A stretch of DNA of 32,000 bases. Origin: a cyanobacterium endosymbiont of Braarudosphaera bigelowii. GTDB lineage: Bacteria; Cyanobacteriota; Cyanobacteriia; Cyanobacteriales; Microcystaceae. Positions 18,632 to 29,147 of this stretch are shown here, one piece after another. Positions within the stretch are counted from its first letter, which is position 1, and the number at the start of each line of letters is the position of its first letter. Location: the NCBI RefSeq assembly GCF_020885515.1, contig NZ_AP024987.1, positions 390,001-422,000 of the forward strand, given 5' to 3'. Below the pieces are notes generated by a model. It was not told the origin of the DNA. It did not search any database and was given only the letters and a program-made list of their open reading frames with translations. A program made the translations under genes and the position numbers.

Positions 18632-21514
18632 TTAAAATCTTCCTGATAATGCAGAGTGACATCTATCACAAATTGTAGGATCGTCAATAAAACTACCAAC
18701 CGTTGTCGAATAGTTCCAACAGCGATCACATTTCTCTCCTTCTGCTTTAACTACACCAATATGGAATAATTCTGACTCACTCTGATATTCAAGAGATTCA
18801 ATTTGATCTAAATTTTCTACTAATTCTACTTGGGAAACTAAAAAGAAATAACGAAGTTCGTCTACATAATTATCTTTTAATGAAGTGTACTGAGAATCAA
18901 ATTTCATTAATTGTTGCTTAAAGTTCGAATCTTTGATGTGAAGTATTATTTTTGCATCTAAAGAAGAGCCAATAACTTTTTTCTGCCGAGCCAACTCTAA
19001 AACATTATTAATATCATTTCTAATCATTCGTAAATTCATCCAAAAGGTTTTCAGTTCTATTTGGTTTAATTCTTCCATCTCTCTAACCCATCCACCTTCA
19101 AAAACAGAATTATTGGAGGATTCGTAAGGTAAAAATTGCCAAATATCCTCGGCCATATGACATAGTACAGGAGCAATCATTTTTGACAAACTTTCAATAG
19201 CTAAGAATAAAACTGTTTGACAACTGCGACGACGAAATGAGTTAGGAGAAGATATATATAATCTATCCTTAGCTATATCAAGATAAAAATTAGATAAGTC
19301 TACAATGCAAAAATTTTGAATTGCTTGATAAAAATTAGAAAAATGATAAGTTTCAAACGCATCAGTTACTTCTTTAGAAACTTCAGCAATACGATTTAAC
19401 ATATAACGATCTAGTTCTGGTAGTTCCGCATAAGAAACTGTATGTTTCTTCGGTTCAAAATCATGTAAATTCCCCAACAAAAAACGTGCAGTATTTCTAA
19501 TTTTTCTGTAAACGTCTGAAACTTGCTTGATGATTGTCTCTCCAACAAGAACATCTGAAGAATAATCAACTGATGATACCCATAATCTTAAGACATCAGC
19601 TCCATAAGCAGGTTCTTTTTTCTTATTATTTCCTCCATTGATTATCAGATCAGGACTTATTACATTGCCTAATGATTTACTCATTTTTCTTCCTTTTTGA
19701 TCTAAAACAAAACCATGAGTTAATACTGTTTTATATGGAGCAACTCCATTTACAGCAACACTAGTTAAGAGACTAGATTGAAACCATCCTCTATGTTGAT
19801 CTGAACCTTCTAAATACATATCAACAGGATATTTTGATTTAGAGTTTTGTTTAATTACAGATGCCCATGAAGAACCTGAATCGAACCAGACATCCATAGT
19901 GTCAGTCCCTTTTCGGTAACGATGATGATCTTGTCTTTTCCCTTCTGGAAGTAACTCTTTGACGGACATCTCCCACCAAGCATCAGTTCCTCTTTCAGCA
20001 ATTATCTTTTGTATATGTTCAATTGTTTCTTGCGTCAATAAAACTTCATTGGTCTCTTGATCATAAAAAACTGGAATAGGAACTCCCCAGCTTCTTTGTC
20101 GAGAGATACACCAATCTGAACGATCATTGACCATTGAAGTAATACGATTTATACCTTGAGATGGAATCCAATTCACAGTTTTTATAGCATCTATAGCATA
20201 TGTCCTAAAACCTTCAACTGAAGCAAACCATTGTTCTGTTGCACGAAAAATAGTTGGTTTTTTAGTTCTCCAGTCATATGGATATTTATGCTCATAAAGT
20301 TCTTCTTTTATGAGAACTTTTTCTTCCTTAAGTTTACTAATAATCACCTCATTAGCATCTTTAAGAACATTTAATCCTGCAAATGGTCCTGCTTCTTCTG
20401 TAAAAACTCCTTTGTTATCTACAGGAGATAGTATTTCTAATCCGTACCTTTGTCCGACTAAATAGTCTTCTTGTCCATGTCCCGGAGCAGTATGAACTAA
20501 CCCAGTACCGGAACTAGTATTAATATAATCACCACCAATCACAATTTTACACTCTCGATCAAACAGGGAATGTCTATAAGTTGTATTTTCTAGCATACTG
20601 CCTAAAAAAGTTGCCCGAACCTTTAAAGAAGTTTCAAACATTTGTGACAGTTTATCAACTAAATCTTCAGCTACTACTAAATATCGATATTTACAAAGAT
20701 TGGTAGTTTGTTCTACTACTGAATATTTAATATCTGGATTGACGGCTACTGCCAAATTAGCAGGAATTGTCCAAGGAGTTGTAGTCCAAATTACGGCTCC
20801 TAAACTTGGCAAGAAATTTTGTAGAATATTTTCTATCTCTTCCGAAGCATGAATAATAGGAAAGGCAGTATAAATACTACGGGAAACATGGCCTTCTGGA
20901 TATTCTAATTCTGCTTCTGCCAAAGCAGTTTGTGAACTTGGGCTCCAATGAACAGGTTTAAGACCTCGATAAATATATCCTTTCTTAAACATATTCCAAA
21001 ATACACCAATTTGCGCTGCTTCATATTCAGGAATCATTGTTAAGTAAGGCTTATGCCAATCTCCCCACACTCCAAGTCTTTGAAAGCTTTCAGCTTGTTT
21101 TTCTTGAGTTTTGAGAGCAAATTCTCGAGCTTTATATCTTAACTGGAGAGGACTTAAATTTTGCCTTTCCTTTGAACTAATACTTTGTAAAACTTTTAAT
21201 TCAATTGGGAGTCCATGGCAATCCCACCCAGGGGTATAACTTATCTTATTTCCCTTCAATAATTTATATTTGTTGATAAAATCTTTTAAAATTTTATTCA
21301 ACGCATGTCCCATATGCAAAGAACCATTAGCATATGGAGGTCCATCATGAAGAATAAATAACTCTTCTGGATTTTCTTCAGATAACTCTTCATAGACTTT
21401 ATGCTTTGTCCAAAACTGCTGTAATTCTGGCTCTCTAGATACAGCATTAGCTCGCATATTAAAATTAGTCTGAGGCAAGTTTACTGTATTTTTATAATTT
21501 TTTTGTTCTGTCAC
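18632..21514 (-). CDS. ileS: Isoleucyl-tRNA synthetase
   Basis: 960 aa. HIGH-type motif PPYANGSLHMGHALNK, KMSKS, GWFQSSLL and C-terminal zinc motif CDRCWNY...CDRCHSAL. Confidence 0.98.
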   Translation of the reverse strand: MTEQKNYKNTVNLPQTNFNMRANAVSREPELQQFWTKHKVYEELSEENPEELFILHDGPPYANGSLHMGHALNKILKDFINKYKLLKGNKISYTPGWDCHGLPIELKVLQSISSKERQNLSPLQLRYKAREFALKTQEKQAESFQRLGVWGDWHKPYLTMIPEYEAAQIGVFWNMFKKGYIYRGLKPVHWSPSSQTALAEAELEYPEGHVSRSIYTAFPIIHASEEIENILQNFLPSLGAVIWTTTPWTIPANLAVAVNPDIKYSVVEQTTNLCKYRYLVVAEDLVDKLSQMFETSLKVRATFLGSMLENTTYRHSLFDRECKIVIGGDYINTSSGTGLVHTAPGHGQEDYLVGQRYGLEILSPVDNKGVFTEEAGPFAGLNVLKDANEVIISKLKEEKVLIKEELYEHKYPYDWRTKKPTIFRATEQWFASVEGFRTYAIDAIKTVNWIPSQGINRITSMVNDRSDWCISRQRSWGVPIPVFYDQETNEVLLTQETIEHIQKIIAERGTDAWWEMSVKELLPEGKRQDHHRYRKGTDTMDVWFDSGSSWASVIKQNSKSKYPVDMYLEGSDQHRGWFQSSLLTSVAVNGVAPYKTVLTHGFVLDQKGRKMSKSLGNVISPDLIINGGNNKKKEPAYGADVLRLWVSSVDYSSDVLVGETIIKQVSDVYRKIRNTARFLLGNLHDFEPKKHTVSYAELPELDRYMLNRIAEVSKEVTDAFETYHFSNFYQAIQNFCIVDLSNFYLDIAKDRLYISSPNSFRRRSCQTVLFLAIESLSKMIAPVLCHMAEDIWQFLPYESSNNSVFEGGWVREMEELNQIELKTFWMNLRMIRNDINNVLELARQKKVIGSSLDAKIILHIKDSNFKQQLMKFDSQYTSLKDNYVDELRYFFLVSQVELVENLDQIESLEYQSESELFHIGVVKAEGEKCDRCWNYSTTVGSFIDDPTICDRCHSALSGRF

Positions 21515-21585
21515 AATATTAATTAAAGTATTTATATCGGTTTACACTTTATCTTGATTATAAAATTAATAGTTAAAAATTAAAT

Positions 21586-22421
21586 TTAAAATTCTAAATT
21601 AGGTAAACTATCTATTAAAGCTACTGAGCGAAAAGAATACCCTAATTGATATTGAGCATAGCTTCGTAAAAGATGTTCAATCTTTTGCCATGGAACAATA
21701 AAATTCCTATTAAGAATAATTGATGGTAAAAGTTTTCCAGCATGAGGTAAGTGGGATTGATTTAAGTTTTGTAATAGAACTAAATCTGTAGCCTGTAATT
21801 TATAGTTAATGAATGGTGAGGAAAAAGTCGTCAGTTTTTTTTTATATAAGCTGGAGAATTCAAGTTAATTAGTCCTCCCATTTCATAACTAAAACCTACG
21901 CGCCAGGATGGATTTCTGAAATTTGGAGTTAATTTTTCTTGTGTAAGACAACATTGATAAACCTGTGGGCCAATTCCTGTAACTACTAAAAAATGGAATA
22001 TGGCTTGAGCCAGATATCCATATAGACTTTCTACAAGAGACATTTTTTCTAATCTTCGCAAATGTTCATTGAAGAGTTCATAAAGTTCTTCTTGAGGTTG
22101 TATGTCAATAGATAAATTTAGTATTAACTCACTTAAGTATTGCGCTGCTATAAGTTTAATTAGGTCTTTTCTTAAACCGGGATAAAACTGTAGAGTTTCT
22201 GCCTGAATTATTTTATCTAGAGAATGTCCTTTTACCATGAAGAATTTATTAACCATAAATAATTCACTTCTTCCACTAAGTGATGATTTATTTTTTCTAG
22301 AGCCTGGTGCTACAGCACGAATTAGCCCCTTACTTGGTGAAAGAATTACTATTAAGCGATCAGCTTCGCCTAGAGGCATACTTTTTAGAACAATTCCTTT
22401 TATCTTATAAGTTTGACTCAT
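21586..22421 (-). CDS. recO: DNA repair protein RecO, split by an apparent frameshift in a 9-nt A tract (coding strand)
   Basis: The annotated 196 aa part (21831-22421) has the RecO OB-fold N-terminus ([42 protein letters not shown]). It ends abruptly as YIKKN* at the A tract 21835-21843. A one-base shift opens a further ~80 codons ([82 protein letters not shown]) ending at 21586. Confidence 0.85.
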
Positions 22422-22469
22422 GAAGTTACAGTAATAAATTTTAGACTATTAACATTCTCTAAGTATTAT

Positions 22470-22673
22470 TTATTTCAAAGGAACCCCTAACATTCCCAAT
22501 AAAGTGAGATAGAGCAAAGAAAAGGCACTAAGTGTAATTCCAAATATTAAAATTTTAGTTAAATAATTTTGAGGTAAGAGTTTAGTCCAACTAAAAAAAG
22601 ATAGAAATATATTTAATAAAAAACCAATAAAATAACGAGGGTAACATGATAAATTTCTTAATAAATCTTGCAT
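22470..22673 (-). CDS. ycf33: DUF751 / Ycf33 family small membrane protein
   Basis: 67 aa, two TM helices. N-terminal RNLSCYPRYFIGFLLNIFLS and C-terminal LLYLTLLGMLG resemble the Ycf33/DUF751 pattern. Confidence 0.72.
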   Translation of the reverse strand: MQDLLRNLSCYPRYFIGFLLNIFLSFFSWTKLLPQNYLTKILIFGITLSAFSLLYLTLLGMLGVPLK

Positions 22674-23161
22674 TATTCTTTTTTTTTTAAATATTATTAT
22701 GAATAATATAATAACGTCGAATTTAGCTTATAAATACAATGAATAATAAAAATTCACAATAATATTCTATCTTAAGATAAATACTTAACTATTCTTTATT
22801 TATTTTATTAAAGAATAATATTTTGTATTTTTTGGGAATATAAAATATATCTTAATATTTTTTACATTTACTCTGAAACTAATACGCTGATTTTATTGTA
22901 GAAATTATTAATTTAAACTAAATATTACACTTGATGATAAGTATTTAGTTGATTTGAAATTGAACTATACCCTAAAATCTTAAGAATCAATGTGAACTAA
23001 AAGTTGATTTTCTTTGCTTAAATGAAATACTTTAAAACATGGTATATGTTTTATACTTTATTTTAAGATAATTTCACCTAAAAGATAAGAAATATTATTT
23101 AATTAAATCTAATAAAAAGATAAACTATTCTTTTATGAAACTTATTGCTTAATAACTAGTT

Positions 23162-24387
23162 ATGAAAAAAAAAACTTTTTACTTATTTTTTTAGGAAGTT
23201 TATGTAGTCTGTTTCTTTTCTCTTCTCTTTCTCTTGTACCTATATATTCTCACAACAAACCAGCAGAAATAAGAGGTGTTTGGTTAACTAATATAGATAG
23301 TGAAGTGCTATTTGATTCGAAGATACTAACCAAAAGTATCAATACTCTTTCTAGACTTAACTTTAACACTCTTTATCCTGCTGTTTGGAATTGGGGCTAT
23401 ACTTTATATCCTTCTGATATTGCTGAATCTTTAACTGGGAAGAGGTTAGATCCTGAAAAGAAATTACAGGGGAGAGATGTGTTAAGAGAAATCGTAGAAC
23501 AAGGACATAAAAAAGGACTTGCTGTAATTCCTTGGTTCGAATTTGGATTTATGGCTCCTGCAGATTCTGAATTGGCCCAGCGCAATAAAGAATGGTTAAC
23601 TAAAAGGCAAGACAAAAGCACTGTTTGGCTGGAAGGAAAAACTCATGAGCGGGTCTGGCTAAATCCTCTTCACCCTGAAGTTCAAAACTTTATCACTGGT
23701 CTATTAGTTGAGATCGTAACTAACTATAACATTGATGGAATACAACTTGACGATCATTTTGGTATTCCATTTGATTTTGGATATGATAGTTTTACTATTG
23801 AGTTATACAAAAAAGAGCACGGTGGTAAAGCTCCTCCTCAGACACCTAGTTATCTAAAAATGGGAATTAATAACTGTATGTCAAACGATCCCTCGTGGAT
23901 AGAATGGACAAAATGGAGATCGGAAAAGATCACTCAATATATAGAAAAAATATTTATTACAATAAAGAAAATCAATCCTAATATTATTATTTCTGTTTCT
24001 CCTAATCCCCAACTTTTCTCCTCTAATTGCTTTTTATTGGACTGGCAAGACTGGGAAGAAAAGGGATTAATAGAAGAGCTTGTTTTACAGGTATACAGAG
24101 AAAAGATGATTGATTTTAATAGAGAAATCAACCGCCCCGAGGTTAAAAAAGCCAAATCTCATATACCTTTCGGAATAGGTATATTATCTGGCTTGAAAAA
24201 TCGTCCAATTCCTATGAAGCGAATTATCGAACAGGTACAAAATACTAGAAATTCAAATTTGTCTGGTGTTTCATTCTTCTTTTATGAAAGCCTATGGAAT
24301 ATGGGACCAGAAACACCTGTAAAACGTAAATTAAATTTTAGACAAATTTTTCCTACATCAATTGATCGTCCATTGATTAATAATTAA
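23162..24387 (+). CDS. Glycosyl hydrolase-like 10 (GHL10 / YddW-YngK type, DUF187) family protein with signal peptide; apparent frameshift in a 5' A10 tract
   Basis: The track ORF 23305-24387 has VIPWFEFGFMAP, WLNPLHPEVQNFITGLLVEIVTNYNIDGIQLDDHFGIP and SVSPNPQ motifs. The frame is open upstream of the GTG at 23305, reading KNFLLIFLGSLCSLFLFSSLSLVPIYSHNKPAEIRGVWLTNIDSE. That stretch is a signal peptide plus the conserved first strand. The only nearby ATG (23162) is out of frame by one base across A10 (23165-23174). Confidence 0.8.
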
Positions 24388-24514
24388 ATATTAATCCTGA
24401 ATATATATGATTACTTTTTGTAATTTTTTAGTGTTTACTTCGGTTATTACTATATGTAAACTTCATGATAAATCGTTAAGATTAAGGCAAATTATGGTCT
24501 AAGGAGAAATATTT

Positions 24515-25357
24515 GTGAATCGTCAATCTAGCCCTGGTCTTGCATCAATAATAGGTGGTGTTGTTACTGCTTTAATTATATTAGTAGGTTTTAATTCTTT
24601 TATCGTTATTTATCCTGGGCAAGCAGGAGTACTCAATATACTTGGTAAAGCTCAAGAACAAGTCCTGTTAGAAGGAATCCATTTTAAACCACCTTTAGTT
24701 TCTACGGTAGACACATATGATGTAACCGTCCAAAAGTTTGAAGTTCCTGCTCAGAGTGCTACCAAAGATTTACAGAATTTGAGTGCTAGTTTTGCAATCA
24801 ATTTTAGCCTTGATCCAATACAAGTTGTTAATATTCGTAGAACTCAAGGAACTTTACAGAATATTGTCTCTAAAATAGTTGCTCCACAAACTCAAGAATC
24901 TTTTAAAATAGCTGCAGCTAGACGCACTGTTGAAGAAGCGATTACTCAAAGAGCTGAACTTAAAAAAGATTTTGATAATGCTCTTACTTCTAGATTAGAA
25001 AAGTATGGAATTATGGTTTTAGATACTAGTGTTATTGATCTTAACTTTTCTCCTGAATTTTCTAAAGCAGTTGAAGAAAAGCAAATTGCAGAACAAAAAG
25101 CCCAACGAGCTGTTTATGTTGCACAAGAAGCAGAGCAAGAAGCGCAAGCCGATATTAATCGTGCAAAGGGTAGATCTGAAGCCCAGCGCTTATTAGCGGA
25201 GACCTTAAAAGCACAAGGTGGAGAATTGGTTCTTCAGAAAGAGGCTATTGAAGCTTGGAAATCTGGGGGCGCACAAATGCCAAAAGTTTTAGTGATGGGA
25301 AAAGGAAGTAACAATAGTGTCCCTTTTCTTTTTAATTTAGATACTTTAGATAAGTAA
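24515..25357 (+). CDS. SPFH/prohibitin-family membrane protein
   Basis: 280 aa. N-terminal TM, GQAGVLNILGKAQEQVLLEGIHFKPPLVSTVDTYDVTVQKFEV and C-terminal coiled coil EEKQIAEQKAQRAVYVAQEAEQEAQADI. GTG start with AAGGAG about 10 bp upstream. Confidence 0.9.
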   Translation: MNRQSSPGLASIIGGVVTALIILVGFNSFIVIYPGQAGVLNILGKAQEQVLLEGIHFKPPLVSTVDTYDVTVQKFEVPAQSATKDLQNLSASFAINFSLDPIQVVNIRRTQGTLQNIVSKIVAPQTQESFKIAAARRTVEEAITQRAELKKDFDNALTSRLEKYGIMVLDTSVIDLNFSPEFSKAVEEKQIAEQKAQRAVYVAQEAEQEAQADINRAKGRSEAQRLLAETLKAQGGELVLQKEAIEAWKSGGAQMPKVLVMGKGSNNSVPFLFNLDTLDK

Positions 25358-25371
25358 AACGGCAATTTAGA

Positions 25372-25416
25372 TAAGCAAATAGAGTTAATTTGAATTAAAT
25401 TAACTCTATTTGCTTA
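25372..25416 (+). terminator. Perfect 20-bp stem, 5-nt loop hairpin downstream of the SPFH gene
   Basis: TAAGCAAATAGAGTTAATTT - GAATT - AAATTAACTCTATTTGCTTA, 15 bp after the stop codon. No strong U tract follows. Confidence 0.65.
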
Positions 25417-25450
25417 GGTATAGCAATGAACTATAAATTACAGAGATAAT

Positions 25451-26119
25451 ATGACAAAATTTGCTATTAATGTTGATAATGTAAGTTTTAGCTGGTGTAA
25501 AAATAGCTCTATCTTAGAATCTTGTTCTTTGGCTGTACCTCAAGGAGAGTTCTGGATGCTTTTGGGAGCTAATGGTAGTGGTAAATCTACATTACTACAA
25601 CTTCTAACTAATTTACTGGTACCAAAAAGTGGAACAATAAAGATGAATCCACCTGTAGGATTAGTTTTCCAAAACCCTGATCGCCAATTAATCATGCCTA
25701 CAGTTGGTGCTGATATTGCTTTCGGATTAGTTTCAGAAAATTTGTCTCTTTCCGAAACTAGGCTTCGTATTAGTGAAGCATTATTGGCTGTTAATTTATT
25801 GGGATTAGAAAAAAAACCTATTTATGCTCTTAGTGGAGGTCAAAAGCAAAGAATTGCGATCGCTGGAGAAATTGCACGTCGATGCTCAATCTTACTACTA
25901 GACGAGCCTACTGCATTGCTTGATCATGAAGCACAGCTAGAATTAGTTAAAGGCGTTAGAAACTTAGTTAAAGCTCGTAAAATAACAGCACTCTGGGTTA
26001 CTCATAGGTTAGAAGAATTGGACTATTGTGATGGAGCATTTTTACTTGAAAAAGGTAAAGTTATTCAACAAGGTCATCCACAGACAATTAAAAAGCAAAT
26101 TTTGTATACAGAACTATAA
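25451..26119 (+). CDS. Energy-coupling factor / CbiO-like ABC transporter ATP-binding protein
   Basis: 222 aa. Walker A GANGSGKST, Q-loop VFQNPDRQLIMPTVGADIAFGL (typical of CbiO/EcfA), signature ALSGGQKQRIAIAGEI and Walker B ILLLDEPTALLD. Confidence 0.88.
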   Translation: MTKFAINVDNVSFSWCKNSSILESCSLAVPQGEFWMLLGANGSGKSTLLQLLTNLLVPKSGTIKMNPPVGLVFQNPDRQLIMPTVGADIAFGLVSENLSLSETRLRISEALLAVNLLGLEKKPIYALSGGQKQRIAIAGEIARRCSILLLDEPTALLDHEAQLELVKGVRNLVKARKITALWVTHRLEELDYCDGAFLLEKGKVIQQGHPQTIKKQILYTEL

Positions 26120-26207
26120 CTTTTTAAACATTATTTTTTGTAGTTATTTAACTAAATAATATCAAAAAAAATATATGGTAATCTTGAAAAATTTCAAAAA
26201 AAAAACA

Positions 26208-27479
26208 ATGACTTTAAACAATACTGCTTTAGATTTTTTAAACGAAACTGATCCTGTTATTATGTCAATAATTCTAGGAGAACTTCAAAGACAACGTGAA
26301 CACTTAGAATTAATTGCTAGTGAAAACTTTACTTCTCTTGCTGTCTTAGCAGCACAAGGATCTATATTAACTAATAAATACGCAGAGGGATTACCTCAAA
26401 AAAGATACTATGGTGGATGTGAATGGATTGACAAAATAGAACAAATTGCAATCGATCGGGCTAAAGAATTATTCGGAGCTAGTCATGTAAATGTACAACC
26501 TCATTCTGGAGCTCAGGCTAACTTTGCCGTTTTTTTAAGTCTTCTTAATCCTGGTGATAAGATTATGGGTATGGACTTATCTCATGGAGGACACCTTACT
26601 CATGGATCTCCTGTAAATGTTTCTGGAAAGTGGTTTAAAACCTGTCACTATGGAGTTGAAATGCATAGTGAACAATTAGACTATGATCATATTCTAAAAT
26701 TAGCACAGAAAGAAAAACCCAAATTAATAATTTGTGGTTTTTCTGCTTATCCTAGAACTATTGAGTTTGAGAAATTTCGTATAATTGCTGATGAAGTTGG
26801 AGCATATTTAATGGCCGACATTGCCCATATTGCAGGTTTAGTAGCTAGCGGACATCATCCTAACCCATTATCTTATTGTGATATAGTTACAACAACAACT
26901 CATAAGACCTTAAGAGGGCCTAGGGGTGGCTTGATAATGACTAACAATGTAGATCTAGGTAAAAAAGTTGATAAAGCAGTATTTCCTGGTACACAAGGAG
27001 GTCCGCTAGAACATGTTATTGCTGCGAAAGCTGTTGCCTTTAAAGAAGCGTTACATCCAGAGTTTAAGATATATTCTGGAAAAGTCATCAATAATGCGAA
27101 AAGTCTAGCAAATCAATTAATAAAGAGAGGTTTTAGAATTGTTTCCAATGGTACTGATAATCATCTAGTCTTGGTTGATCTGCGGTCTGTTAAGATGAGT
27201 GGTAAAGAAGCCGATAAATTAACTAGCGCAATTAATATTACAGCAAATAAGAATACAATTCCCTTTGATCCAGAATCGCCTTTTATTACTAGTGGACTCC
27301 GACTAGGTTCCCCCGCAATGACTACTAGAGGGTTAGGAACAGAAGAGTTTATTGAAATAGGTAATATTATTGCAGACCGATTACTTAATCCAGAAGATGA
27401 GTTAATTAAACACAATTGTTTTCATAGAGTTGAAACTTTATGTAATAAATTTCCTTTATATTCTCACCTTAGTATATAG
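26208..27479 (+). CDS. glyA: Serine hydroxymethyltransferase
   Basis: PLP enzyme motifs [31 protein letters not shown] and [10 protein letters not shown]. The track places the start at ATG 26175. ATG 26208 ([11 protein letters not shown]) is more likely, because the extra N-terminus is translated from an A10 tract. Confidence 0.96.
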   Translation: MTLNNTALDFLNETDPVIMSIILGELQRQREHLELIASENFTSLAVLAAQGSILTNKYAEGLPQKRYYGGCEWIDKIEQIAIDRAKELFGASHVNVQPHSGAQANFAVFLSLLNPGDKIMGMDLSHGGHLTHGSPVNVSGKWFKTCHYGVEMHSEQLDYDHILKLAQKEKPKLIICGFSAYPRTIEFEKFRIIADEVGAYLMADIAHIAGLVASGHHPNPLSYCDIVTTTTHKTLRGPRGGLIMTNNVDLGKKVDKAVFPGTQGGPLEHVIAAKAVAFKEALHPEFKIYSGKVINNAKSLANQLIKRGFRIVSNGTDNHLVLVDLRSVKMSGKEADKLTSAINITANKNTIPFDPESPFITSGLRLGSPAMTTRGLGTEEFIEIGNIIADRLLNPEDELIKHNCFHRVETLCNKFPLYSHLSI

Positions 27480-27574
27480 TCGTTATTGAATTGTACTTTT
27501 ATAAAACAATACTCAAAATAATTATTAAACAAGCATTTAGTTTTTAAAGAAATATTTCTTGTCTAAGACATTTT

Positions 27575-28960
27575 TTATATCATAGTTGGAACTGTAAAAA
27601 TTTTAGAAGATGTTTGCTTTACAAAAATCTGAAGTGATTCTCCTTGCTGTGTCCTAGTGAATATCTTATTGATAATCTGCGAAAATTTTGTGACATCAAT
27701 TTTTGAGCAGTTTACAACCATATCACCTTGTTCTTGAAAATATTCAGTTAAACTTAGTCCAACAATATGAGTTAAATAAGCTACGCTAATACCTTGGCTA
27801 AGACTTCCTAAAATATAAGTAATCATATTACTTTTTAACAAACTAGAGATTGCATGAATCGATAGTTCAGCAATACCTAACTGTACTATTATTTTACCTA
27901 TGGTAATAGCGGCTACTTTTCCTTGAGAAAAAGTAAATTCTTGTTTATAAATATTACTTAAATCAATAATCATTTGGGTATTAATGGCTGCAGTTGCTAG
28001 AAAATCTAAAGAAGAAATAGGATTTACAGAAACTATAGTAGCGGCAACAAGCTCATATTTTGTAATTATTGGTATTGCTTTATTGTATCTAATTTGATTA
28101 GAAATAATTTTTGCTTGTTGCCTAATTTTTGTCGCTGTACGCCAATTTTTAGCTAAAAATAACTGTTGTTTATTCTGACCCTCAATAATTTTAATTCTAT
28201 GTACTAATGACATAATATTTGGTGGATCTTCTTCTATCCATTCTCGGGTTGAACCATCAAAATTATATTGACGATTTTTTATTTTTTCTGGAACAGAATT
28301 AATACGAGTAACATTATTCGGATGGATAATGGATTGAACCTGCTGCTGTATTTTCTCTAGAATCACCTGCCTATCTTCGTTATTATACTGATCCTGTTTA
28401 TTAAAAACTATTAGACAAGGATAATAACTTTGATGTAACAGCTTAATCTTTTCCCATTCAGAATGTGTTAGATCTTTATTAACTAAAAAAATTATGACAT
28501 CTACATCAAGATTAATACTGGTAAATATATCTTTCTCTAATATATCTGCATATTTTTCCTGATTTAATAATTTCTTCAAACTAGTTTTTCCTGTATTGTT
28601 TTTTCCAACTATTCCAATAGAAAAAGACGATAGGTGAGGATTATTTTCCAAAATTTGGAGCTGTATTTTTAAATTAGATATGTTCTGACTGGGATCTTCT
28701 TCCACAATACAATTTATAATTTCCTTTGCATCAGAAATAACTTGATTCAAATCGCTTAGAGTCAGTGAAGATGAAATAGAATACTTTTTTTGTTTCTGAT
28801 TCTTAATCTGCTCTTTCAAAAGAAAGATTCCAACAAGAACCATAATCGGTAAGATCCACTCACTCAAAGTTACGATGTTATGATATAGACTTTCCTCGAT
28901 CCACAACAAAAAAATTCCTAATCCCAGAAAAAATGTTGATTTTTTAATCTTGAAAGTCAT
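27575..28960 (-). CDS. DUF697-like small GTPase family membrane protein
   Basis: 461 aa. G1 motif GIVGKNNTGKTS, G4 motif FNKQD, N-terminal TM segments and C-terminal hydrophobic DUF697-like region (VSPISSLDFLATAAINTQMIIDLSNIY). Confidence 0.75.
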   Translation of the reverse strand: MTFKIKKSTFFLGLGIFLLWIEESLYHNIVTLSEWILPIMVLVGIFLLKEQIKNQKQKKYSISSSLTLSDLNQVISDAKEIINCIVEEDPSQNISNLKIQLQILENNPHLSSFSIGIVGKNNTGKTSLKKLLNQEKYADILEKDIFTSINLDVDVIIFLVNKDLTHSEWEKIKLLHQSYYPCLIVFNKQDQYNNEDRQVILEKIQQQVQSIIHPNNVTRINSVPEKIKNRQYNFDGSTREWIEEDPPNIMSLVHRIKIIEGQNKQQLFLAKNWRTATKIRQQAKIISNQIRYNKAIPIITKYELVAATIVSVNPISSLDFLATAAINTQMIIDLSNIYKQEFTFSQGKVAAITIGKIIVQLGIAELSIHAISSLLKSNMITYILGSLSQGISVAYLTHIVGLSLTEYFQEQGDMVVNCSKIDVTKFSQIINKIFTRTQQGESLQIFVKQTSSKIFTVPTMI

Positions 28961-29147
28961 TTTTTATCTTTAAAAAATTAATTTGTTTCACACTCAATAT
29001 ACTATCCTTTGACTTAGTTTTCAAAAAATCAAGCTTTTAATTCATAATCGACAAAGAACCAAGTGCAATATAGATGCTTTCTACTTACTCAATACTATAC
29101 TTTTTATATTAGGTAATAGTGTTGTTTATATTGGTTTTTTATAATAG

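Noticed and set aside
23397-24155. ORFs 23397-23621 and 23934-24155 on the minus strand over the glycosyl hydrolase-like gene
   Set aside because: Antisense shadows of a recognisable catalytic domain.
26900-27415. ORFs 26900-27091 and 27161-27415 on the minus strand over glyA
   Set aside because: Antisense shadows of a highly conserved enzyme gene.
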